This document shows, one piece after another, positions 22,944 through 31,904 of a DNA stretch of 64,000 bases. The position numbers and the translations under genes are program-made. Each line of letters begins with the position of its first letter. The first letter of the stretch is position 1. A model generated the notes under the pieces. The model saw only the letters and a list, made by a program, of their open reading frames with translations, had not been told where the DNA came from and did not search any database. The stretch is from a virus (lineage: Duplodnaviria > Caudoviricetes): positions 1 to 64,000 of the IMG/VR virus record IMGVR_UViG_3300032305_002044; one strand, given 5' to 3'.

Positions 22944-24172
22944 TGGCTGGCGAATACGCACAAAGCTTACGTAAAACTCCTGCACCTTCTGTCGCTCCTA
23001 GAGCGGTAACTCCTCCTAGAGCAGCTCCTGCCCGTCAAAGTAACTTTAATTTAGGCAGAGCCGCTTCTGGTGTGGGCTCCTTCATTGCAAATGAATTACT
23101 TGGAGTTGATGACTTCCGTAATACAGTTAGCCATGCTTCTAAAGGTAATTTTGGCGCAGCCGCTAAATCTTTGTCTACAGGCGCATTTGAAGCAGGAACA
23201 ACTATTGGTGCTGCACTAACTGCAATTCCAACGTTTGGAGGCTCTTTAGCCGCTCGTGGAGCTGTTGTAGCTGGTAAACAAGGTGCCAAAGCAGTAGTTA
23301 AAGAAGTAGCCCAAGAAACAGCTAAACAAGGGGCTAAAAGTTCTCCTGTTAAATACACAACAGTTATTCCTCAGCAAGTAACCGCGGGAACACGCCAACT
23401 AGTTACCGCAGGCGGTGGGCGCGGAGGACGTTTTGTAGATGACTTTGTAGATACTCTTGCTCCAGCAAAGCCTAAAATTGAACCTATTAAGATTCCAGAC
23501 CCTAAGGCACCTAAGCCTAAAATTGAACCTATTAAGATTCCAGACCCTAAAAAAGCGCCTGCTAAACCTTTAAGTCCAAATCCACCAGTGAAGCCTGGTA
23601 CATACCCTCCTTACCGTCCTGGCACGCCCTCGCCAGTTCCTACATCTCCTAGGCCACCGCTTCCTTCACGACGTCCTGAACCGTTGCCTCCTCCACCGCG
23701 GACTACACCAAAACCAGGCCCGCAGCCTAAACCACAGCCTAAGCCGCAACCTAAGCCAATTCCTGGTACGCGCCCTGCACCTTTGCCTGGTACGCGTCCA
23801 CAACCACAGCCGCAACCACAGCCAGGACCACAGCCTAAGCCGCTTCCTGAAACACGTCCTGGCACAGGAACTTCTCCAAGGTCACCTTGGTCAAACCGCC
23901 CAAATTCAGCGCTTCCTGATGCATCTCCATTAGCAAACTTAGGGCTAGGTCTAGGTGCAGCTGCAGGTACTATTTTGGGTCCTGATCTATTTAGAAATCC
24001 TCAGACTAGCAACCCAACCCAACCTGGAACAGAAACTACTCCTGGTTACAACAACCCAGGTAGTACAACAACAACTACACCTACAGAAGAAAATAAAAGA
24101 CGAGAAGATTTTGGAGCTGGCTTTGGTGGCGGCGTAGGCCAGCAAGACGTATTCTTAAAGAAGGTATTTTAA
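22943..24172 (+). CDS. Pro-rich, largely disordered protein
   Basis: PKIEPIKIPDPK x2, PQPK and PGTRP repeats. Confidence 0.75.
   Translation: MAGEYAQSLRKTPAPSVAPRAVTPPRAAPARQSNFNLGRAASGVGSFIANELLGVDDFRNTVSHASKGNFGAAAKSLSTGAFEAGTTIGAALTAIPTFGGSLAARGAVVAGKQGAKAVVKEVAQETAKQGAKSSPVKYTTVIPQQVTAGTRQLVTAGGGRGGRFVDDFVDTLAPAKPKIEPIKIPDPKAPKPKIEPIKIPDPKKAPAKPLSPNPPVKPGTYPPYRPGTPSPVPTSPRPPLPSRRPEPLPPPPRTTPKPGPQPKPQPKPQPKPIPGTRPAPLPGTRPQPQPQPQPGPQPKPLPETRPGTGTSPRSPWSNRPNSALPDASPLANLGLGLGAAAGTILGPDLFRNPQTSNPTQPGTETTPGYNNPGSTTTTTPTEENKRREDFGAGFGGGVGQQDVFLKKVF
23468..23550 (+). repeat. 38-bp direct repeat x2 within a CDS
   Basis: AAGCCTAAAATTGAACCTATTAAGATTCCAGACCCTAA at 23468 and 23513. Confidence 0.9.
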
Positions 24173-25005
24173 TGAAACAAGACATTGTCTCTAGAGCCAC
24201 GTCTGCTTTACAAAATTTAGTTGCTAAGCCTCAAGCTACTACTCAGCAAACACCTAGTTCTAATAAAACAAGTACTCAAAAAGTAACTCCAACGCAACAG
24301 GCCCAAGTGTTTGGTTACCCTGTAGCGGGCGCAAAAATTACTCAAGCATACGGTAATAGGCCATCTAATCCAAATATTCGCTACGAATCTGGTACTAATT
24401 TAGGTACTGATTTTGGCGCTTCTATGGGATCAGCTATTTCAGCCCCTGTTGGTGGAACTGTAGTGGGAATTAACCCTGGTGCAGGTGCTTGGGGTAACCA
24501 AGTAATTATTGACGCTGGAGACGGGCGTCAACTAGCTTTTAACCACATGTCTAATTTTGGCAATATTAAAAAAGGTCAAACCATTAAAGCGGGGGATATT
24601 CTTGGTCAAGTGGGTAGAAGTGGTCAAACCACAGGCCCTCATTTAGATATGGAAGCTACTGTTAATGGAACTAGCGTTCCATTATCAACCGCATTTAAGG
24701 GATACCAGTTTGATAGTGCTTACGGCGGCATGGAGTCTGGCGTTAAAGGCGCTCAAGGGTACAACCGTAGCCAAAACTCATTTTACGACACTAACGACCT
24801 TAGCAAGAGCACAGGTTCTGTATACAGCTACGGTTCTGGCGGGAATCCGTCAAGCTCATCTGGTGTAAATAGAGGTCCTTACCGCGATACACGCTCTCTT
24901 TCAGAGACAATGCTTTCAGGATTAGGTAGTACCGCTTCTACGACTGCTTCTGGCATTACCAGCACTAAACGTGCTGGCGCTTTAGGTTTTGATATAAATG
25001 CTTAA
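24172..25005 (+). CDS. M23 peptidase-fold protein with altered metal ligands
   Basis: GTDFGA..G..I.AP..G.V, WGN.V.I, G..G.TTGPHL; NLGTD and HLD replace HxxxD and HxH. Confidence 0.8.
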   Translation: MKQDIVSRATSALQNLVAKPQATTQQTPSSNKTSTQKVTPTQQAQVFGYPVAGAKITQAYGNRPSNPNIRYESGTNLGTDFGASMGSAISAPVGGTVVGINPGAGAWGNQVIIDAGDGRQLAFNHMSNFGNIKKGQTIKAGDILGQVGRSGQTTGPHLDMEATVNGTSVPLSTAFKGYQFDSAYGGMESGVKGAQGYNRSQNSFYDTNDLSKSTGSVYSYGSGGNPSSSSGVNRGPYRDTRSLSETMLSGLGSTASTTASGITSTKRAGALGFDINA

Positions 25006-25026
25006 TTTTATTAAGAGTGGTGAAAT

Positions 25027-25311
25027 GTGAGTAACGTAAAGAAATTTGGCCCTTACAAAGGTTCAGAGCAAAATGGTGGTCGTCCTATTTACGTTTACAA
25101 GAAAAAAGTAAATGGCAAGTGGGAAACAACTTCATCTAATAAAGCACGTGTGGATTATGAAGATAAGCACGGCAAGCTATCTAAAGACACTGACGTTGAC
25201 CACAAGGACAACGGAGGCCGCAAAGGCCATGATGGTCAAAAAAACTTACAAGCAATGAGTCATTCTAAGAACGTTGCTAAAGAAAACAAGCGAAGGGCTG
25301 GTAAGAAATAA
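25027..25311 (+). CDS. Small HNH-fold protein
   Basis: DVDHKD......D...NL..M.HS.N. Confidence 0.7.
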   Translation: MSNVKKFGPYKGSEQNGGRPIYVYKKKVNGKWETTSSNKARVDYEDKHGKLSKDTDVDHKDNGGRKGHDGQKNLQAMSHSKNVAKENKRRAGKK

Positions 25312-26015
25312 TGGCAAAAGCATTTAATGGGCACGGACTTTCTGACAGTCACGCGTATGCTAGATACAATTTAGGTCAAGTTAGCGCAAAAATGAATAGA
25401 GCAGCCCGAAAAGCTGGTAAAGGTGGCGGAGACCGTAACCGCAAAGCTGAATTTGAAAACCAAGCCAAGCTTATGGAATATGACGCTAATCTAAAAGATT
25501 GGCACAATACCAGAGCTCCTGGTCACGCCGCAGAAATGATGCGTCAACAGCGTGAAGCTGGAACTTACAGAGATGAAGACGGTAACGTTTTAGGCAATAT
25601 CAGCGGCTCATGGAAGGGCGCAGAGGGTACTTCTGGTAGTATTGGTGGCTGGAAGAATCCTAGAAGAGCTGCAGCGGAAGAGCCTGAGCAGACTGAGGAT
25701 AACCCTAATGGGCAAGGACAACAGATGAAGCAGTTTGCAGGTCGACGCAAAGTATTTTTAGGTGTTTACAAAGAGCCAGGCGACAAAAAAGGCAAGGAGT
25801 ACCCTCTTGCAAACATTCCTACTTTAACTTCTGAAAATAGCACTACCGATGAAAACGGACATATTACAGACGTTGGATGGATTAGAAGAAACGCTCAAAA
25901 CAATCGATTTGAAAGTAACGTTGGACCTAAAGATACGTATGAAGCCCAACAAGACCGTCAAGATCAACAAGCTGATGAGTTCCATAACCGCGGTCAGCAA
26001 ATGAGGCTTTTTTAG
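25311..26015 (+). CDS. Hypothetical protein
   Basis: Coupled ORF. Confidence 0.7.
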   Translation: MAKAFNGHGLSDSHAYARYNLGQVSAKMNRAARKAGKGGGDRNRKAEFENQAKLMEYDANLKDWHNTRAPGHAAEMMRQQREAGTYRDEDGNVLGNISGSWKGAEGTSGSIGGWKNPRRAAAEEPEQTEDNPNGQGQQMKQFAGRRKVFLGVYKEPGDKKGKEYPLANIPTLTSENSTTDENGHITDVGWIRRNAQNNRFESNVGPKDTYEAQQDRQDQQADEFHNRGQQMRLF

Positions 26016-26019
26016 TCAC

Positions 26020-26208
26020 ATGGCAGCTAAAAAGTCTAAGGGCATCCCACAACCCTACTCAACATTAGAGTCGCAGTCACTGCAGCGTTTTCAAATTAAT
26101 GCCCGCTCTGCTAGTCCTCGCGATTTCAGAGACGCCATTACAAAGGTCACAGGGGGCGTTAGAGGCGTTGTTACGGATTCTACTCAATGGGGTAGGATAA
26201 GTCCGTGA
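26020..26208 (+). CDS. Hypothetical protein
   Basis: Operon position. Confidence 0.6.
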   Translation: MAAKKSKGIPQPYSTLESQSLQRFQINARSASPRDFRDAITKVTGGVRGVVTDSTQWGRISP

Positions 26209-26366
26209 ACGCTCGTGCAAAGGCTTTTACAGGGGCTGTACCAAAGTCTCTAACAATTAAAGACTCTCGTTTTGGATTACGCAAACTTCCACAAAATAAT
26301 GAAGTGCCTTCGATCTTCTCATACAGTAGACCAGGCAAAGGGCCGAATGGCGAAAGCAGCAACTAG
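26205..26366 (+). CDS. Small protein (53 aa; not in ORF track)
   Basis: GTGA overlap; SD AGGA. Confidence 0.5.
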   Translation: MNARAKAFTGAVPKSLTIKDSRFGLRKLPQNNEVPSIFSYSRPGKGPNGESSN

Positions 26367-26375
26367 GAGTAACAA

Positions 26376-26645
26376 ATGGCTGAAAGTAAAAAAGACCCAC
26401 GTCTAGCGCGTGCAGGAGTATCGGGGTATAACAAACCAAAAGCTACCCCTGATCACCCAAAAAAATCACACATTGTAGTAGCTAAAGAAGGCGACCAGGT
26501 TAAGACCATTCGTTTTGGTCAACAGGGCGTAAAAGGTTCTCCTGAGGGCTCAAAGCGCAATGACTCATTTAAAGCACGTCACGCAAAAAATATTTCCAAA
26601 GGCAAAATGTCTGCGGCTTACTGGGCAAATAAGGTGAAATGGTAA
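26376..26645 (+). CDS. Basic phage protein
   Basis: YNKPK.TP.HPKKSH.V.AK.G..VK.IRFGQ.G...SFKARH...YWA.KVKW. Confidence 0.75.
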   Translation: MAESKKDPRLARAGVSGYNKPKATPDHPKKSHIVVAKEGDQVKTIRFGQQGVKGSPEGSKRNDSFKARHAKNISKGKMSAAYWANKVKW

Positions 26646-26806
26646 TGGCTAAAAAAGAAGTATGGGATACTCCCGATCCATCTAAAAAAGATAAAAAACT
26701 TACCCCTAAGAAAAAATCTGCTGCTAAAGCAAGAGCTAAGGCTGCTGGTCGCCCTTACCCTAACTTGGTAGATAACATGAATGCTGCCAAGAAAAAGAAA
26801 AAGTAA
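26645..26806 (+). CDS. Small Lys-rich protein (53 aa; not in ORF track)
   Basis: AKARAKAAGRPYPNLVDNM; TAATG coupling at both ends. Confidence 0.7.
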   Translation: MAKKEVWDTPDPSKKDKKLTPKKKSAAKARAKAAGRPYPNLVDNMNAAKKKKK

Positions 26807-27039
26807 TGGCTGCTAAGAAAAAAGACAAGCCAGCAACTCTTAAGGTATCTGGCAAAGTTCACCGTGTTTACAAAGAAAAAGACGGCGACGTAGTTGTTAA
26901 CCATGCTGGCTCTAAAAAAGAAAATGGCAAATATGACAAAATCAATTTGACTGACAAAGCTGGCGTTAAGACTGTCAAGAGTGGCGTAAAAGCCACCAAG
27001 GATTGGCACAAAAAAAATCCCCATCCAAAAGGAAAATAG
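26806..27039 (+). CDS. Small Lys-rich protein
   Basis: Coupled ORF. Confidence 0.7.
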   Translation: MAAKKKDKPATLKVSGKVHRVYKEKDGDVVVNHAGSKKENGKYDKINLTDKAGVKTVKSGVKATKDWHKKNPHPKGK

Positions 27040-27195
27040 TTTAGGCAGTTGCCTACTTTGTTCTAAGTTAAACTGGTATGGCTGACATCCGAGCGGTTGC
27101 AGGCCTAATATCCGTTGCTTGATATCTTTAAAGTTTGTGTAGACCATAGTCTCCGTCAAGCACTTAATAAAACCCTTCAACCCTAAGGATGCCCC

Positions 27196-29355
27196 ATGGC
27201 ACGCGATACTGGCTCGTACACAACGAGCAATCTACCTGTTACAGACCCACTGCATACACTTTCTGTGTCTACTGCAGCTGCTGACAATACAAACGTACTT
27301 TCTTACACTACTACAGGTGTTCATAACCTAAAAGTAGGCTCTCCAGTAGTTATCTTTGGTACTGGCAATTCAAATTTTAACTTCAACCCAGATTCTTACG
27401 CTTACGGCAATACTGCCCCTAGCGCAACTATCCTTGGTTGGGGAACCCCAGCTACAGTATTTGCTGTAACTGGCACTAACACTTTCACTGTTAAGGCACC
27501 TACGATAGTTGCTACTGCAACTGTCTCAACAGGTACTGTTATCAATGAGATTCTTGATTCAAACGCACCGTGGGACAAGACTTGGTTGCCTACTTCGGCT
27601 CAGACCAATGTTGTAGTTGACCGAGCATGGGGCAATTCGTTCCCAATTCAAAACAACGAAGACCGTGCTGCAAACGTTGCTATTACAGGCGTTTCCTCTA
27701 ATGGTAACCAAGTTACATTCACTGTTGGCTCAGGTCACGGTCTTGTAGCGGGTCAGCGCGTATCAATCCAAGGTATTAAGTCAGGTTCTTACAACTCAGA
27801 CGCATACAACTTTGAAAACTTAATTGCTTCCACAACCTCAACTACAGTTGTATTTAACAGCACTTTAACCGATGCTGTAACTTCATACGCTAATGGAGCT
27901 ATTGTACGTCAGGCTGTTATTGGTGGAGCTAAAGTTATCTCCTCCGCTGTTGGTGCTGTTGCTTACGCAGGTTCAACCGCTGCGGCTGGTGCTACCGCTG
28001 CGGCTGGTGCTACTTCAATAACAATTGCAACAACTAGTCTTGTTGTTGGTATGGGCGTTAGTGCAACAGGTGTTTCTACAGGTACAGTTATTACAGCAAT
28101 TGGTACAGGTAATATAACAATTAACCCAGTAACTGCTAGTTCAGTAGCCTCTGCCGCTACTGTTACATTCTCGGCTTCAGATAGCAATCAGTATGTAACT
28201 CAGCAAGCGCATGGTTTAACTTCAGGTGAAAACATCGCAATTACTGGTGCAAGCAACCCTAACTACAACGTTTCTGGTGTTGTAACGGCTGTTAATACAA
28301 CAACCTTCTCTGTAAAGGTTCCATCCTTTAAGATTACTAAGGTTTCTGGCACATCAGGCAGTGGCACAGTTGGTGACGGAACTAATGTCCTTTACTACAC
28401 CGATTCAGCACACGGCCTAGCTTCTGGTGATAAAGTAACTATTACTGGTATGGCTCCAGCAGGCTACAACATAGTAAACGCTGCAGTTATTTCTGCGGGT
28501 TTATCTGCGAACGCATTTGCAGTTGCTAACACCACAGCTACTGCAGTAACCGCTTTTGGTCAAGCTGTTAAGAATAGTGGTACTTTCACAGGTACTGCTA
28601 TTGTTGCTGGTGACAAGGCTTGGGCTTCAACCTACGCTTACCCATCAGGTCAGCTTGATCCATCATTGGATGACCATGACCGAGTTACAAACTCAGAGCG
28701 TGGCTACCCTGACTTTACCGAAAGCTACAACGTTCCTGAAGTTCGTGGTCTTACTACCACTAACGCAATTCAAAGACTTCGCGCTGCTGGTCAAAGTCCT
28801 AACATTTCGTTTGGCGTTAACACCGCGGTAAGCAGTGCAACGTCTGTATCTTCAAACAGCACGACTGTCACTGTATCTAGCACGGCTGGCGTATACGTTG
28901 GTATGGGTATTACAGGTACTGCTGCAGTAACTGCTGCAATTGCTGCTACTAACTACGTAACTGCCGTTGGTAGCGGAACAGTAACTCTAAATGCTACAAC
29001 TACAAATACGATTGCTACGAGCGTTCCGCTGGTATTTACTACGGATATCTTTGGCGCAACTATTGCAGCTGCAGCATCTACAATCACAGTTACTACGCTT
29101 GCCACTCATTACCTATCTCCAGGAGACACGGTTAACTTGAGTGGAACAGCAAATGGAGCATTAAATGTTGGAGATATAACAGTAACTTCTGTACCATCAT
29201 CAACAACCTTTGTTCTACCAATTGCTGGTATACCCTCAAATACCGCAACTGGTTTAGTTATCCGTCCAAAGAACACTGTTGTTACATCGCAGATTCCATC
29301 GGCTGGTGCTACAACTTCTACTAGTGTTAAACTGGCTCGCAACTACGGCATCTAA
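27196..29355 (+). CDS. Virion structural or adhesion protein with repeated beta domains and a split PASTA-like domain
   Basis: Repeated H.L..G..V.I.G units; VPEVRGL...A...L.AAG and VTSQIPSAG. Confidence 0.7.
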   Translation: MARDTGSYTTSNLPVTDPLHTLSVSTAAADNTNVLSYTTTGVHNLKVGSPVVIFGTGNSNFNFNPDSYAYGNTAPSATILGWGTPATVFAVTGTNTFTVKAPTIVATATVSTGTVINEILDSNAPWDKTWLPTSAQTNVVVDRAWGNSFPIQNNEDRAANVAITGVSSNGNQVTFTVGSGHGLVAGQRVSIQGIKSGSYNSDAYNFENLIASTTSTTVVFNSTLTDAVTSYANGAIVRQAVIGGAKVISSAVGAVAYAGSTAAAGATAAAGATSITIATTSLVVGMGVSATGVSTGTVITAIGTGNITINPVTASSVASAATVTFSASDSNQYVTQQAHGLTSGENIAITGASNPNYNVSGVVTAVNTTTFSVKVPSFKITKVSGTSGSGTVGDGTNVLYYTDSAHGLASGDKVTITGMAPAGYNIVNAAVISAGLSANAFAVANTTATAVTAFGQAVKNSGTFTGTAIVAGDKAWASTYAYPSGQLDPSLDDHDRVTNSERGYPDFTESYNVPEVRGLTTTNAIQRLRAAGQSPNISFGVNTAVSSATSVSSNSTTVTVSSTAGVYVGMGITGTAAVTAAIAATNYVTAVGSGTVTLNATTTNTIATSVPLVFTTDIFGATIAAAASTITVTTLATHYLSPGDTVNLSGTANGALNVGDITVTSVPSSTTFVLPIAGIPSNTATGLVIRPKNTVVTSQIPSAGATTSTSVKLARNYGI

Positions 29356-29365
29356 GTACCAAAAT

Positions 29366-29395
29366 AAAAAAGCCCCCCGCAAGGGGGGCTTTTTT
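29366..29395. terminator. Bidirectional terminator
   Basis: A6-GCCCCCC-GCAA-GGGGGGC-T6. Confidence 0.9.
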
Positions 29396-29708
29396 ATTTG
29401 CCCTTAATCCAATCAGCTGTAACCATAGACATTGGTTTAGGAGGTGGGATACGTCTAGTTTTACGAATAGCACGCCTGTCGCTATCTACGGTACCTCCCC
29501 AAATTCCTGTGACATCGTTGTATAGTGCGTATTGCAGGCACTCAATGTTAAACGGACAGGAGTTGCAAATAGACTTTGCTTGTTCTACACATAGGCTATA
29601 TTGGCGTTTGTCTTCTGAATTAGGTCTTGTAGGCAGCTCGGGAAAAAATACTTCGGGGTCAATTTTCATACAAGGTTGAGTTCCGTCAAAATACGGGGCA
29701 GTAGCCAT
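29394..29708 (-). CDS. whiB: WhiB-family Fe-S transcription factor
   Basis: C...DPEVFFP...AKSICNSCPFNIECL.YAL...GIWGG...R. Confidence 0.95.
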   Translation of the reverse strand: MATAPYFDGTQPCMKIDPEVFFPELPTRPNSEDKRQYSLCVEQAKSICNSCPFNIECLQYALYNDVTGIWGGTVDSDRRAIRKTRRIPPPKPMSMVTADWIKGK

Positions 29709-29873
29709 CTAATTCTCCATAAGCTTGTGTAGTAAAAATGTACACCAGAACGCTGACAAAAGCAAGTTGTGGCGGACAAAAAAAGCATTTTATGTAAAAC
29801 TATTAGTAGTGGCTTTATTCGTACAACCTTACGGACTTGTTTTGTAACTAGTCACCCGTGGGGTACCCAATTT

Positions 29874-30107
29874 ATGTCAACTGACACTCTTAGTTCTATG
29901 CTTACTGTATTGCTTGCAGTAATTCAAATATCAGCCATTATTTATGGTGGATTTAAATTTTTTAATAAAATTACCGCTCGTTTAGAAAAATTAGAAGAGC
30001 AGTACCGACCAAATGGCGGTTCAAGCATGAGAGATGCTGTTAACCGCATTGAATTAAAACTGAGCAAACTTGAAGGCAAGTTTGAGCAGCACGTAGATGA
30101 ACAATAA
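29874..30107 (+). CDS. Membrane protein of the lysis cassette
   Basis: N-terminal TM segment plus RPNGGSSMRDAV.RIE coiled coil, as seen in actinophage lysis regions; start reassigned. Confidence 0.65.
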   Translation: MSTDTLSSMLTVLLAVIQISAIIYGGFKFFNKITARLEKLEEQYRPNGGSSMRDAVNRIELKLSKLEGKFEQHVDEQ

Positions 30108-30125
30108 CCTTAGGAAAGGTCCAGA

Positions 30126-30458
30126 ATGAAAAAAGTAAAAAATATCTCTACAAGAATGATCGCAGTAGTAATTGCAACAGCACTCGGTACAATTGGTGCT
30201 GGCTCAATTATAGGTCTTGAAACTTGGAAAACTGCAGCACTTGCTGCAATTATGGCAGTAGCCGTAGTTGCTGAAGACTTAGCTCGTGCCTTCCTTAAAG
30301 ACGGCAACCTAACTGATGCTGAAATCAACACAGCGTTTTCTAAGATTAAAGATGAAGAAGTTGAAGCGGTTTCTACAGCAGAACTTGCTGAAAAAGCTGA
30401 AGAACTTTTATATGACGAAGACGGTCATACAATTACTCCAGACACACATCTTAGCTAA
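30126..30458 (+). CDS. Putative holin
   Basis: Two TM segments, charged C-terminal tail, MKK start. Confidence 0.6.
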   Translation: MKKVKNISTRMIAVVIATALGTIGAGSIIGLETWKTAALAAIMAVAVVAEDLARAFLKDGNLTDAEINTAFSKIKDEEVEAVSTAELAEKAEELLYDEDGHTITPDTHLS

Positions 30459-30468
30459 TACTAGGCTT

Positions 30469-30493
30469 AGGGCGCCCTACGGGGCGCCCTTTT
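30469..30493 (+). terminator. Intrinsic terminator
   Basis: AGGGCGCCC-TACG-GGGCGCCCT-TTT. Confidence 0.75.
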
Positions 30494-30507
30494 GCTATTC
30501 TTAGACT

Positions 30508-30774
30508 ATGCACGTAATTAGAACAATTCAAACATTTCAGGGTCATCCCGTGCCTGATAAGGTACATAATCCTAGAGGTCCATTTCCCGCTGAGTTGTTT
30601 ATGAACGAACCTATTAATTACGAGTACGAGCAAGCTTTTGGCGAAGACGGGGAAAACTTTCCTATGGGAGCCACCGCTCAAAATAACTTTGATCCTCTTA
30701 AATGGTATAGATGTTACGATTGCCATGAGCGGGTGCGAGAAGACGAATTAGACTTACATGAGTGTGATGAATAA
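30508..30774 (+). CDS. Hypothetical protein with a C-terminal Zn finger
   Basis: CYDC...HEC; probably leaderless (TATTCT just upstream). Confidence 0.7.
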   Translation: MHVIRTIQTFQGHPVPDKVHNPRGPFPAELFMNEPINYEYEQAFGEDGENFPMGATAQNNFDPLKWYRCYDCHERVREDELDLHECDE

Positions 30775-31268
30775 TGGCTGTTGTAGACCCTACAGATTTA
30801 CAAAATGACCTTGATATTGATCGCGAGGTTGAAATCATTGAGACTGAAGACTTAAGTTTACCTCCAGCAAAATTAGAATTGCGTAGTACGCAAACCACTA
30901 ACCCTTCAAGACCACGAACAATTGCGGCTGGGTATGATGGTAATACCAGGACTCTTACTGTTGTATTTCGCGATGAAACTTGGTACAACTACTACGATGT
31001 ACCGTCAGATATGTGGGATCAATTTAAACAAGCCCCTTCAAAAGGAGTTTATTTAAGGGAATCTGGGCTTGATTACTGGCACAGCCGTGGCGAGGCTAAC
31101 CGTGAGGGTCTAAGTAGCCGTTCACTTGCTCAATACGATAGTATTGTTAAAGCCTCCAGACGTAAACAAATTATGACTGCGGGTGGGCAATACGAAGGTA
31201 ACCCACGCTCAAAACTGTGGGACTTAACTAAGCTTAGATGGAACATGCAAACAGAGGACTATAGTTGA
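30774..31268 (+). CDS. KTSC-domain protein
   Basis: AGYD..TRTL.V.F....Y.Y.DVP...W..F..A.SKG.Y. Confidence 0.85.
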   Translation: MAVVDPTDLQNDLDIDREVEIIETEDLSLPPAKLELRSTQTTNPSRPRTIAAGYDGNTRTLTVVFRDETWYNYYDVPSDMWDQFKQAPSKGVYLRESGLDYWHSRGEANREGLSSRSLAQYDSIVKASRRKQIMTAGGQYEGNPRSKLWDLTKLRWNMQTEDYS

Positions 31269-31528
31269 TTAATTTTGGACCACTATACGTACAAGTAATT
31301 AAATATCCACATAGGGACGCTCTGCCAGTTTTTGAAAAAGGCTGGTCTCATGAAATTGAAGAGCCTTACCGTCGAGGCAGTTGCCTAGTCTTTCGTGTAC
31401 CATTTACCAAGCCAGGATTTGTCATAGGAAAATGGGCGGAAGCTCAAACTGAGGATGAAGCTCTTACTGCAGCAATTTGGGGCAGAGAATTAAATGTACC
31501 GCTAGAGGAGTTATTAGAATGGGACTAA
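31265..31528 (+). CDS. Hypothetical protein
   Basis: TTGA overlap; SD GAGG. Confidence 0.65.
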   Translation: MINFGPLYVQVIKYPHRDALPVFEKGWSHEIEEPYRRGSCLVFRVPFTKPGFVIGKWAEAQTEDEALTAAIWGRELNVPLEELLEWD

Positions 31529-31770
31529 AGTTTTGGGTTAAAAAAGAAAACTGGGACAAACCTTTTTCTGAGAAAGTAGCCAAAAGAGTAGCAAAGCTAG
31601 CTACCGCAGATTTATATTTATGGACAGAGCAGGCTATTTCAGAGACTAACCGAGCACTGAGCAGATACCAAAAAAACCCTAACGATGTAGTTAGTTTACA
31701 AGATTTAACTTTAGGTTCTGAAGCTATACACGCTTTGGCCTGCGAGATAAATAAGCGCTCTATGCTATAG
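31519..31770 (+). CDS. Hypothetical helical protein upstream of terminase
   Basis: SD GAGGAG before the ATG at 31519. Confidence 0.65.
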   Translation: MGLKFWVKKENWDKPFSEKVAKRVAKLATADLYLWTEQAISETNRALSRYQKNPNDVVSLQDLTLGSEAIHALACEINKRSML

Positions 31771-31777
31771 TAATAAA

Positions 31778-31859
31778 GCCTCACTTCTTTACCTCTCCTA
31801 AGGTGGCAACTGGGCTCTAGCGTGTTTCTTCCTCCTTTCTTACACGCTAGAGCTCTTTT
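31778..31859 (+). ncRNA. Candidate two-hairpin small RNA with anti-SD (CU-rich) loops
   Basis: Extended -10 TGcTATAGT at 31763-31771; 14-bp stem 31812-31825/31842-31855 with loop TTCTTCCTCCTTTCTT, then TTTT. Confidence 0.55.
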
Positions 31860-31904
31860 ATTCCTGTATCCTTTATTTATCGGTTTTATTAGTTTGGAAG
31901 ATAC

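Noticed and set aside
27091-27112. Twister ribozyme-like GCGGTTGCAGGCC
   Set aside because: Only superficial similarity; the required stems and pseudoknots could not be placed
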